DNA of 40,618 nucleotides from a virus: IMG/VR virus record IMGVR_UViG_3300045988_125605, positions 1 to 40,618 of that record; one strand, 5' to 3'. Shown piece by piece: positions 13,021 to 21,154 of this stretch (position 1 is its first letter; each line of letters starts with the position of its first letter). The notes under the pieces were generated by a model. It saw only the letters and a program-made list of their open reading frames with translations, ran no database searches and was not told where the DNA came from. The position numbers and the translations under genes were made by a program.

Positions 13021-14456
13021 AGAAAGTGTATACATTCACAATTCCAAGAGAAAAATTCGATGAAGAAAACCCAAACAAACAGATTATCCGGCAGCTGATC
13101 AGTAAGCACATCAGTATAGTTGAACATCTGAAAAAGAATATGCGTTACTACCAGGGAAAGCACAAGATTCTGAATGAAGACCGGGAAAATAAATTGATCT
13201 GTAATCATGCAAAGGACATATCCGATACGGCAAGCAGCTACTTTATTGGAAATCCTGTGTCATATAAGGCAGAGACAGATATTTCTGATTTTACAGACGC
13301 ATTGGAAACGGCGGGAGCTGACGAGACAGATGGAGATAATGGCCTGGAACTGTCCATATACGGATTGACGTATGAATATATTTACACAAAAGAAGGCGAA
13401 AGCTATCTGACGACCAAGAATCTATCGGCAGAAAATACGTTTATGGTAAAAGATGACAGTATCGAGGAGAATGAACTTTTTGCTGTCTATTATTATATCA
13501 AAAAGGACGATTCCGGAGCTGCACCAGACCGGTACATAGCAACTGTACTGACCAGAAGTTATAAATACGAGCTAAATATCGAGAATAACAGCGACTATCA
13601 GCCAACTACAGAACCGGCAGTCCCTCACTATCTGGAAGAAATTCCGGTTATCGAATATCTGAACAATAAACTTGCAATCGGTGACTTTGAACTGCAGATC
13701 CCCCTCATTGATGCGTATAATGCTCTGATGAGTGATCGCGTCACAGACAAAGAACAGTTTATTGATGCAATTTTGGCCATTTACGGAACATTACTTGCAG
13801 ACGATGAAATTGAAGATGAAAATGGTGAAAAGACAGATGGACTGGAACAGGCTATGAAAAGGATCAAGAGAAGAAAAGTTATGGAAATTCCAGAAGGTGC
13901 GAAAGCGGAATATCTCACGAGGACTTTTGATGAATCGGGAGTAGAAGTTCTCAAGAAAGCAATTGAACAGGATATCCACAAGTTTTCCCATATTCCGTGC
14001 ATGACAGATGAGAGCTTTGGTGGGAATGTATCGGGTGTGGCAATGGAGTTCAAACTTCTGGGCATGGAAAACATAACTAAAATTAAAACCAGATACTACA
14101 AGAAAGGCCTGAGAAAACGTATCCGGATTTTTTGTAATTTTCTTTCTTTACAGGGAAAAACCGTAGATCCGACAGGAATCACAATGACCTTTACAAGAGC
14201 CCTTCCCAAGAACCTTCTGGAGATTTCGCAGATCGTATCAAACCTGTGGGGGAAAGTAAGCAGAAAGACCTTGCTCTCTCAGATTCCTTTCGTAGACAAC
14301 GTAGATGATGAGCTGGAAGCACTCGATCAGGAAACAGAAGAGAACATGAAACGGCAGCAGGAAGTATTTGGCCTGCAGAGCGCACCACCAGATGGCGAGG
14401 ATCCCGATGAGACAGAAAAGAAAGACGACCCCAAAAAGGATGACGTAGATGAGTGA
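13017..14456 (+). CDS. Portal protein, SPP1 Gp6-like
   Basis: N-terminal IIRQLISKH...YYQGKHKIL...NHAKDISDTASSYFIGNP is typical of SPP1-family portals. 479 aa, follows terL. The GTG at 13026 has better SD spacing. Confidence 0.85.
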   Translation: MKKVYTFTIPREKFDEENPNKQIIRQLISKHISIVEHLKKNMRYYQGKHKILNEDRENKLICNHAKDISDTASSYFIGNPVSYKAETDISDFTDALETAGADETDGDNGLELSIYGLTYEYIYTKEGESYLTTKNLSAENTFMVKDDSIEENELFAVYYYIKKDDSGAAPDRYIATVLTRSYKYELNIENNSDYQPTTEPAVPHYLEEIPVIEYLNNKLAIGDFELQIPLIDAYNALMSDRVTDKEQFIDAILAIYGTLLADDEIEDENGEKTDGLEQAMKRIKRRKVMEIPEGAKAEYLTRTFDESGVEVLKKAIEQDIHKFSHIPCMTDESFGGNVSGVAMEFKLLGMENITKIKTRYYKKGLRKRIRIFCNFLSLQGKTVDPTGITMTFTRALPKNLLEISQIVSNLWGKVSRKTLLSQIPFVDNVDDELEALDQETEENMKRQQEVFGLQSAPPDGEDPDETEKKDDPKKDDVDE

Positions 14457-15993
14457 TTATTGGGAAGACCGCGCGGCGTGGGATATGTACAACCACATGA
14501 AAGATGCCGATGAAAGGGCAGATCTGATTGCAAAGATATACAGAAATGCATCTATGCAGATTACCTTTGCAGCAGAGGACATTTTTGAACGTTACATGAT
14601 AAAACATAAGATATCGGAGAGAGAAGCATGGGAACTGATAAACACAATGCAGGACCGGGATTCCATTCAAGAGCTGATCCTGAAGCTGAAAAATAAAGAT
14701 CCGGACAAGACCAGACAGGAGCTGATCCGGGAACTGGAAGCACCAGCGTATAGATTTCGCATAGAAAGACTGAAGAAACTCCTGGAACAGATAGATGCCA
14801 TTATGGATAATGTCTATCAGCAGGAACAGCAGTTTGATACGAGCTTTTTTCAGAATCTGGCAGAAGATGCCTATTATCGAAAAATATACAACATTCAACG
14901 TCAGACGGGACTTGGATTCAAATTCAGACATGTGGATCAGAAACAGATCGATCAGACCCTTAAGATGAACTGGTCCGGCTCGCATTACTCCACCAGAATA
15001 TGGCGCAACACAGGGAAACTTGCAGAGACTCTGAAGCAGGAAATGCTGGTCAGCCTTCTGACAGGGAGAACAGAGAAAGATACGGCAGCAGTCATCACAA
15101 ACCAGTGCGGATCCGGAGCAATGCAGGCAAGACGACTGGTCAGGACAGAGAGCTGTTTCGTAGCAGGAGAACTTGATGCCAGAGCTTACGAAGAATGCGG
15201 CGTGTCTCATTATCGCTTTCTTGCAGTACTGGATCTTAGAACCAGTGAAATCTGCCAGTCTCTGGACAATAAAGTATTCTCACTGTCGGAAAGACAGGTC
15301 GGCAAAAACTACCCGCCTATGCATCCGTGGTGCAGATCCACAACCTTGAGCAGCGCATCAGAGGAAGATCTAAAAAACATGAAACGAAGGGCATATAATC
15401 CAAAGACAGGAAAAACGGTTCTGATTCCGGCGACAATGTCCTATGCAGACTGGCATCGGAAATATGTGGAAGGCGATCCAAAAGCGGAAACACAGAAAAA
15501 GATGATCAAAAATGCATCTGCCGATAAGAAACAGTTTGCACAGTACCAGAAAGTTCTTGGGAAAAATGCCCCTAAACGTTTTGCAGATTTCCATGCAATG
15601 AAGTATAATGAACCTGAGAACTGGAATAATCTGAAGCTGAATTATCAAGATGTACAGCTTCAACAGAAAATACGGTCCGAAGACTATCCTAAACAGATAG
15701 AGGAAGGCAAACAGGGAAAGCATATTCCGGGACATAATAACTATACTGAAGGCAGGAGCTACCTGACGATGGACGCAAAAGAAATCCAGGAGCTTGCAAA
15801 CAAATATGCTGGCATGGGTAAGCTTCAAAGAGATGGACAGGGGCATTGGAACCATAAAGAGATTGTAAATATGGGAAAAACCATTGGAGTTTACAAAGAT
15901 CTTGCAGGAAAAGAGCTTCCAACGACTATTGCCACGATCCATTATTCAAAGAAAGGCATTCATGTAGTCCCGGCGAAGCCAAAGGAGAAATGA
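14449..15993 (+). CDS. MuF / SPP1 gp7-family head morphogenesis protein with about 210-aa C-terminal toxin-like extension
   Basis: MuF core ...RTSEICQSLDNKVFSL...NYPPMHPWCRSTT. The C-terminal GKQGKHIPGHNNY...IHYSKKGIHVVPAKP resembles polymorphic-toxin C-terminal domains. Confidence 0.8.
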   Translation: MSDYWEDRAAWDMYNHMKDADERADLIAKIYRNASMQITFAAEDIFERYMIKHKISEREAWELINTMQDRDSIQELILKLKNKDPDKTRQELIRELEAPAYRFRIERLKKLLEQIDAIMDNVYQQEQQFDTSFFQNLAEDAYYRKIYNIQRQTGLGFKFRHVDQKQIDQTLKMNWSGSHYSTRIWRNTGKLAETLKQEMLVSLLTGRTEKDTAAVITNQCGSGAMQARRLVRTESCFVAGELDARAYEECGVSHYRFLAVLDLRTSEICQSLDNKVFSLSERQVGKNYPPMHPWCRSTTLSSASEEDLKNMKRRAYNPKTGKTVLIPATMSYADWHRKYVEGDPKAETQKKMIKNASADKKQFAQYQKVLGKNAPKRFADFHAMKYNEPENWNNLKLNYQDVQLQQKIRSEDYPKQIEEGKQGKHIPGHNNYTEGRSYLTMDAKEIQELANKYAGMGKLQRDGQGHWNHKEIVNMGKTIGVYKDLAGKELPTTIATIHYSKKGIHVVPAKPKEK

Positions 15994-16211
15994 AAATGAC
16001 TGAAATGCAGAGAATGATGATGGAAACGTCTGGAAAAACGATAAGAGTAATATGCAAAGGTGGAAAAATATTCGAAGGCACAAACGAAAATTTTACACAG
16101 CCTCTTGATAATGAACCGGAGGTAGCGGCAATGTGCATCCAGGAAAAAGGGTGTTCTTATCTGACAGAATTAACAGAACCAGAAATTGAAAAAATTGAAG
16201 TAATCGAGTAG
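15990..16211 (+). CDS. Hypothetical 73-aa protein; candidate immunity partner of the MuF C-terminal domain
   Basis: Overlaps the MuF stop codon. The ATG at 15996 has better SD spacing. Confidence 0.5.
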   Translation: MKMTEMQRMMMETSGKTIRVICKGGKIFEGTNENFTQPLDNEPEVAAMCIQEKGCSYLTELTEPEIEKIEVIE

Positions 16212-16280
16212 AGATACCATCAGTCAGAAATGGCCGGTGGTATTTTTGTACTCATTTTTGAGAAAGCGAGGACAAAAAGC

Positions 16281-16478
16281 ATGAAAGTAGAATGCATCGA
16301 ACGTTTCAACGATGTGACACAGCCGACAGAAACCATGAGACGCAACCCAGGAGATATTTTTGAGGTCAGAGAGGACAGAGGGAAATATCTGGTGGGAATC
16401 GGTATGGTAAAAGAAGCTGCTGATCAGGAGATCGCAGAACTTAAAAAGACAGAAAACAAGGAGAAAGTACAGAGATGA
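16281..16478 (+). CDS. Hypothetical protein (65 aa)
   Basis: Internal ATG with a GCGAGGA SD. ORF-track ORF 16230..16478. Confidence 0.45.
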   Translation: MKVECIERFNDVTQPTETMRRNPGDIFEVREDRGKYLVGIGMVKEAADQEIAELKKTENKEKVQR

Positions 16479-17122
16479 GGAACAAAGTTTTCAAGGCATT
16501 GATGAACTGCAGATGTGTGATTCCTATGAACCTGCAGGTGTTTGCGGAAGGAGGAGACCCTGGCACTGGAAACAACCCTGGAAACGGCGGTGGATCCAGC
16601 GGAAACGGAGATAATGGCGATGAACCACAGTCATTTGACGATTTTCTCAAGACAGGAGAAAACCAGGGCGAATTTGACCGCAGAGTACAGGAAGCAGTCA
16701 ACGCAGCAATAAAAGATGCCCAGGAGAAATGGAAAGCCTTGACAGATGATAAACTTTCCGAAGCCGAGAGACTGGCCAAGATGACGGAAGATGAGAAAAA
16801 GGAATATCTGCAGGACAAGAAAGAAAAAGACCTTGCTGCCAGAGAAGCGGAAGTCACCAAAAAAGAGCTGATGGCAGAAGCGAAGAATACTCTTGCCGGC
16901 GATGGGCTTCCGCAGGAACTTGCAGGGGTTCTGGATTATACAGATGCTGATGCCTGCAAGAAGTCCATGGATACAGTTAAAAAGGCATTCCAGAAGGCGG
17001 TAGAGGCAGCGGTAGAAGAGAGGCTGAAAGGCGGAAAACCACCAAAGAAGGCAACGGAAACAAAAGATGAGGATATCCTCAAGCAGCAGATATACAACGC
17101 TATGATGGGGAAATTTCAGTAA
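16475..17122 (+). CDS. Capsid scaffolding protein (DUF4355-like)
   Basis: MNLQVFAEGG motif, Gly/Asn-rich linker, and a Glu/Lys-rich coiled coil. It lies immediately upstream of the major capsid gene. The start may be 16526. Confidence 0.75.
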   Translation: MRNKVFKALMNCRCVIPMNLQVFAEGGDPGTGNNPGNGGGSSGNGDNGDEPQSFDDFLKTGENQGEFDRRVQEAVNAAIKDAQEKWKALTDDKLSEAERLAKMTEDEKKEYLQDKKEKDLAAREAEVTKKELMAEAKNTLAGDGLPQELAGVLDYTDADACKKSMDTVKKAFQKAVEAAVEERLKGGKPPKKATETKDEDILKQQIYNAMMGKFQ

Positions 17123-17136
17123 AGGAGAGATAAAAC

Positions 17137-18069
17137 ATGCCGATTAATACTTTAGCAACAGCAACAATATTCCGGAATACACTCGATCTGATCGCAGTAC
17201 AGGAGGCAACAACCGGATGGATGGACGCCAATGCAGGACGAGTGATCTATAACGGTGGGGCGGAAGTGAAAATCCCTAAAATGACCGTACAGGGAATGGG
17301 AGATTATGACCGCGACAATGGATACCAGCAGGGCTCTGTTACCCTGGAGTATGAAACCAGAAAGATGACACAGGACAGAGGAAGACTGTTCCAGTTAGAC
17401 CCGATGGACATCAACGAGAATAATTTTGTAACCACTGCATCTGCAGTCATGGGAGAATTCCAGAGAACACAGGTTGTTCCGGAAATTGATGCATATCGTA
17501 TTTCTAAGATTGCCACAGAAACAATTGCAGCGAATAAGGCAGGGATGATCGGAACCGGATATACACCGGGAGCGACAGGAACATCTGCACTTCGAAAAAT
17601 TAAAGAAGGCATCAAAGCAATCAGGGAAAGATATAATGGCCCGCTTGTATGCCAGGCAACTCCGGATTTTATCATGGAGCTTGAACTGGAACTTGCAGGA
17701 AAGATCAGGAACACAGATTTTGAAAAGGGCGGCATTAAGACGCAGGTGCCAGCGGTGGATGGCGTACCGTTAATCTCTACACCTTCCAACCGTATGTACA
17801 CAGCTATCAAGATCAATGACGGAAAAGCGTCCGGACAGGAAAAAGGCGGCTACGAAAAAGGCACAAGTGCGAAGAACTTGAACTTCTTCATCTGCCCAGT
17901 GAGTACACCGATTGCAGTTACAAAGCAGGATGTAATGCGTATCTTTGATCCGAATACAAACCAGAAGCTCAATGCATGGCAGATGGACTATCGCCGTTTC
18001 CATGATATCTGGGTACTTGATAATAATCTGGATTCTATCTATCTGAGTGTAAAGGAGACATCTGTATGA
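17137..18069 (+). CDS. Major capsid protein
   Basis: 310 aa, follows the scaffold, strong SD (AAGGAGAG). Position and size are typical. Confidence 0.8.
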   Translation: MPINTLATATIFRNTLDLIAVQEATTGWMDANAGRVIYNGGAEVKIPKMTVQGMGDYDRDNGYQQGSVTLEYETRKMTQDRGRLFQLDPMDINENNFVTTASAVMGEFQRTQVVPEIDAYRISKIATETIAANKAGMIGTGYTPGATGTSALRKIKEGIKAIRERYNGPLVCQATPDFIMELELELAGKIRNTDFEKGGIKTQVPAVDGVPLISTPSNRMYTAIKINDGKASGQEKGGYEKGTSAKNLNFFICPVSTPIAVTKQDVMRIFDPNTNQKLNAWQMDYRRFHDIWVLDNNLDSIYLSVKETSV

Positions 18070-18308
18070 GGCTGAAACGCGGAAACGTAGAAAGAGAAGT
18101 AGAAGACGAATTCCACGTGGCGAAATTTGTAAAAGACGGATATAAGCCCATGGAGAAAATTACAGATTCGAAAGAGACAGAGAAAAAAGATGTACAGGAG
18201 ATGAGCCTGGAGGAACTGAGACAGCTGGCAAAAGCAAAAGGATTGAAAGGAACCTCTTCCCTGGCAAAACAGGAACTCCTGGAAATCCTTATAGGAGCAT
18301 CGGAATGA
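18066..18308 (+). CDS. Small head-associated protein with Rho_N/SAP-like C-terminal motif
   Basis: LEELRQLAKAKGLKGTSSLAKQELLEIL. Confidence 0.5.
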   Translation: MRLKRGNVEREVEDEFHVAKFVKDGYKPMEKITDSKETEKKDVQEMSLEELRQLAKAKGLKGTSSLAKQELLEILIGASE

Positions 18309-18631
18309 TGCTGGATGATCTGGATATCTTGAAAAAGAAAACAGGATGCCAGGATGAAGAACTCCTGGAAATCCTCCTTCAGGAAGCAGAAGAGAAAGTT
18401 CTGGCTTATACGAACCGGACAAGACTGATCCCACAGCTCAAGAATCCTGCCAGAGAGCTGGCGCTGATCGCTTACAACCGCATGGGAACAGAAGGGGAAA
18501 GCGGCAGGAGTGATGGAGGAGAATCTTACAGCTTTCAGGATATGCCAGACAGTATCTATAGCGTACTGAGACAGTATCGGCTTGCCAGGGCAGGAGGAAA
18601 GATCCATGAGAATAAAGCAAAGCAGACTTGA
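18305..18631 (+). CDS. Head-tail connector (gp6-like adaptor)
   Basis: Size, position and pattern: LLEILLQEAEEKVLAYTNR...ARELALIAYNRMGTEGESGRSDGGESYSF. Confidence 0.65.
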   Translation: MMLDDLDILKKKTGCQDEELLEILLQEAEEKVLAYTNRTRLIPQLKNPARELALIAYNRMGTEGESGRSDGGESYSFQDMPDSIYSVLRQYRLARAGGKIHENKAKQT

Positions 18632-18980
18632 AGAAATCTTTTTCCGGAAACGGGTATCCGGAAAAGATAAGGAAGGCAGTTCCTACGAAACGTGGGGAGC
18701 TGCCTTTTCTGTCATGGCTGAGATCTGGCCAGCTTCTGGAAAAGTCCAGGCGCAGCAATATGGCGAAAGACTTTCATATATTCGAAACGCAAGACTTGAA
18801 GGTGATTACATCATAACTGCGGATGCAAAAGGTCATGCAATGTACAAAACGACCTCCGGACTGAATATTCAGGAGGGCGACGGTCTCTGCCTGTACACGG
18901 ATCCGAAAAACAAACCGGACTACAGGATTATATCAATAAAGCCATACAGACCATTGAAAATGGAGATTGAAAAGATATGA
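18606..18980 (+). CDS. Head closure / head-tail joining protein
   Basis: AGGAGGA SD before the ATG at 18606. Size and synteny fit. Confidence 0.55.
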   Translation: MRIKQSRLEEIFFRKRVSGKDKEGSSYETWGAAFSVMAEIWPASGKVQAQQYGERLSYIRNARLEGDYIITADAKGHAMYKTTSGLNIQEGDGLCLYTDPKNKPDYRIISIKPYRPLKMEIEKI

Positions 18981-19510
18981 GTGAGGATTTCGAAAGCAGA
19001 TTCCAGAGCCTGATCGATGCGGCCGAAGATGGACTGCAATCAGAAATACACCGTATCGCGTTGAAAGTACAGGATCAGGCGAGGGAATTGTGTCCTGTAC
19101 GAAGATACGGAAGTGGCGGTGGTTCACTTAGGCAATCCATCCATACAGCCACAGAAAGGACAGAAGATGGAGTGCGGAGCGAAGTATACACCAATTCTAT
19201 ATATGCACCTTTTGTGGAATTCGGGACTGGTCCGACAGGACAGGCACATCACGAAGGCATATCTCCTAATGCAGATCCGGTTTATTCCCAGAGCGGCTGG
19301 ACGATGCCGGCTGATGCAATGTCTCCGGAGGATGCCGAACAATATGGATTTGGGATCGCCAAAGGAAAAGATGGCGAGATCATTGGGTATTACACGAAAG
19401 GCCAGGTTGCACAGCCTTTCTTATACCCGGCATTCAAATCAATGGAAAAGACAGCAGCAAAAGAAATAGAAGAAGCTTTAGCTAGAGAAATGGAGAAAAA
19501 ACTGAAATGA
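18977..19510 (+). CDS. HK97 gp10-family tail-head joining protein
   Basis: IYAPFVEFGTG motif and synteny. Confidence 0.7.
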   Translation: MSEDFESRFQSLIDAAEDGLQSEIHRIALKVQDQARELCPVRRYGSGGGSLRQSIHTATERTEDGVRSEVYTNSIYAPFVEFGTGPTGQAHHEGISPNADPVYSQSGWTMPADAMSPEDAEQYGFGIAKGKDGEIIGYYTKGQVAQPFLYPAFKSMEKTAAKEIEEALAREMEKKLK

Positions 19511-19866
19511 AGAATGTAAAAGATCAGGTATATGCCGCACTGCTCAGCGTGACAAAAAATGTATCAGACGTATATCCGAAAGACTGGGCCGACTTCCCAA
19601 CGATCCAGTACGTTGAGGAAGATAACAGCGTATATGAAAGAACGGATAATAAGGAACAGTCAGCAAGGGTAGCGTACAAGGTTGATATCTGGGACAACAA
19701 GAGTACGTCCGAAGCTGCCCTTGCTGTAGATGAAGCAATTTCAGCCCTTGGACTTATCCGGACTTCCTGCAGGGATCAGCCGGATCCGAGCGGATTAAAA
19801 CATAAGATCATGCGCTACGAGGGGATCATCACTATGGATTCCGAAGTAGTGTACTGGAACAAATGA
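19507..19866 (+). CDS. Tail completion / tail terminator-like protein
   Basis: Synteny between the gp10-like gene and the major tail protein. 119 aa. Confidence 0.5.
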   Translation: MKNVKDQVYAALLSVTKNVSDVYPKDWADFPTIQYVEEDNSVYERTDNKEQSARVAYKVDIWDNKSTSEAALAVDEAISALGLIRTSCRDQPDPSGLKHKIMRYEGIITMDSEVVYWNK

Positions 19867-19880
19867 AAGAGGTGAAGTAA

Positions 19881-20303
19881 ATGTTAGCGAATGGCGCGAA
19901 ATTAGGATATTCAAAAACAAAGCCAAGCGGCGGAAGTGTCAGTTACACAGACCTTCCGGGTTTGAAAGAGATTCCGGAAATCGGCTCAGAAAAAGAAAAA
20001 GTAGACAATACAGTATTGACGGATCCGCACAAGATCAACGAGCTGGGAATCGGCGAACTGCCGGAAATGACCTATAAATTTAAGTATGACAACTCAAAAG
20101 CCGACAGCCCATACCGTACATTGAGAAAACTGGCAGAGGATAATACCCTGGCGTATTTCTGCGAGACGGATGCAGACAAGACGACCTATGAGTACGCTGC
20201 ACTGATCTCTCTGAAACGTACCGGAGGTGGCGTAAATGGAGTTATTGACTTTGAAATAACAATGTCAGTACAGACAGATATCACAATTACAGACCCGGCA
20301 TAA
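19881..20303 (+). CDS. Major tail protein (TP901-1/phi13-like)
   Basis: 140 aa. It precedes the G/GT chaperone pair and the tape measure. AGAGGTGA SD. Confidence 0.7.
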   Translation: MLANGAKLGYSKTKPSGGSVSYTDLPGLKEIPEIGSEKEKVDNTVLTDPHKINELGIGELPEMTYKFKYDNSKADSPYRTLRKLAEDNTLAYFCETDADKTTYEYAALISLKRTGGGVNGVIDFEITMSVQTDITITDPA

Positions 20304-20317
20304 GAAAGGAGAACAAC

Positions 20318-20746
20318 ATGAGTAATATCGGTGGATTAGATGAAGAAAAAGAAATTCAGGAAGAGACCACAGAAATCGTAGATTTGAACGAAGAAAAAAA
20401 GAAAAGAAGACCGTTCCACTACTGGAAAGTAGGCGGTCGCGAGTACAAGCTGAAGCTGAGAGCAACAAACGTTGAAAGACTGGAAAACAAATACAAATGT
20501 AATATCATGAACCTCGTGGACGATATGCCGGCTTTATCAACCATGCTGACAATTATCCAGGCTGCCATGCTTGAATGGGAACATGGCATCAAATACGAGC
20601 GTATCAAGCAGCTGTATGATCAGTACACAGATGAAGGCGGAAACCAGATGTCCCTCTACAGAGATATTGTCCTTCCAACTCTGGCGGTATCCGGTTTTTT
20701 TACAGAGGATGCGACAGCACAGATCCTGGAAGCAGCAGAGATCTAA
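20318..20746 (+). CDS. Tail assembly chaperone (gpG analogue)
   Basis: Located between the major tail protein and the tape measure. It contains a slippery U7 near its 3' end. Confidence 0.75.
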   Translation: MSNIGGLDEEKEIQEETTEIVDLNEEKKKRRPFHYWKVGGREYKLKLRATNVERLENKYKCNIMNLVDDMPALSTMLTIIQAAMLEWEHGIKYERIKQLYDQYTDEGGNQMSLYRDIVLPTLAVSGFFTEDATAQILEAAEI

Positions 20747-21117
20747 AGACCACAACAGAATATCTCTGGGAGATCTATCCGGATGCACTGGACTGTGGAA
20801 TGACTCCAGAATCATTTTGGGACTATTCCCTGAATGAGATCATAGACACAATGGAGAGTTATGCAAGGCAGACAAACAGAAAAAGGAAACAGAAGATAGC
20901 GGATGATTTTGTTCTGGCAAAAGCTCTTTCATTGAATTTAGCTACTATCATCTCAGGAAAAGATGACCTGTGTAATCCGTGGGATTTCTATCCGGAGACA
21001 TTCAAGGAAAACAAAGAAGAATATGAACAGCAGAAACTGGAAGCAGATCTCGCTGAGTACAGAGAGAAACGCAGACAGTGGGCAGAAGAATTTAACAGGC
21101 GCAGGCGGGGAGTATGA
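20318..21117 (+). CDS. Tail assembly chaperone G-T fusion produced by -1 frameshift at 20695..20701
   Basis: ORF 20800..21117 is in the -1 frame relative to 20318..20746 and lacks its own convincing start context. Confidence 0.65.
20695..20701 (+). promoter_or_regulatory. Programmed -1 ribosomal frameshift slippery heptamer T_TTT_TTT
   Basis: Zero-frame codons are GGT TTT TTT ACA. The -1 frame from 20701 is open through 21117 (checked codon by codon to the ATG at 20800). Confidence 0.7.
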
Positions 21118-21154
21118 TCCCTGCCTATTTTGCGTCAGGAGGAGGTGAGACTGT

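Noticed and set aside
14191-15210. 339-aa minus-strand ORF
   Set aside because: It is antisense to the portal and MuF genes, which have clear family motifs. It is a shadow ORF.
20571-20837. 88-aa ORF in the third frame across the G/T chaperone junction
   Set aside because: The frameshift geometry (U7 tract, -1 frame open to 21117) explains this region. This +1-frame ORF has no SD and would not connect to the T segment.
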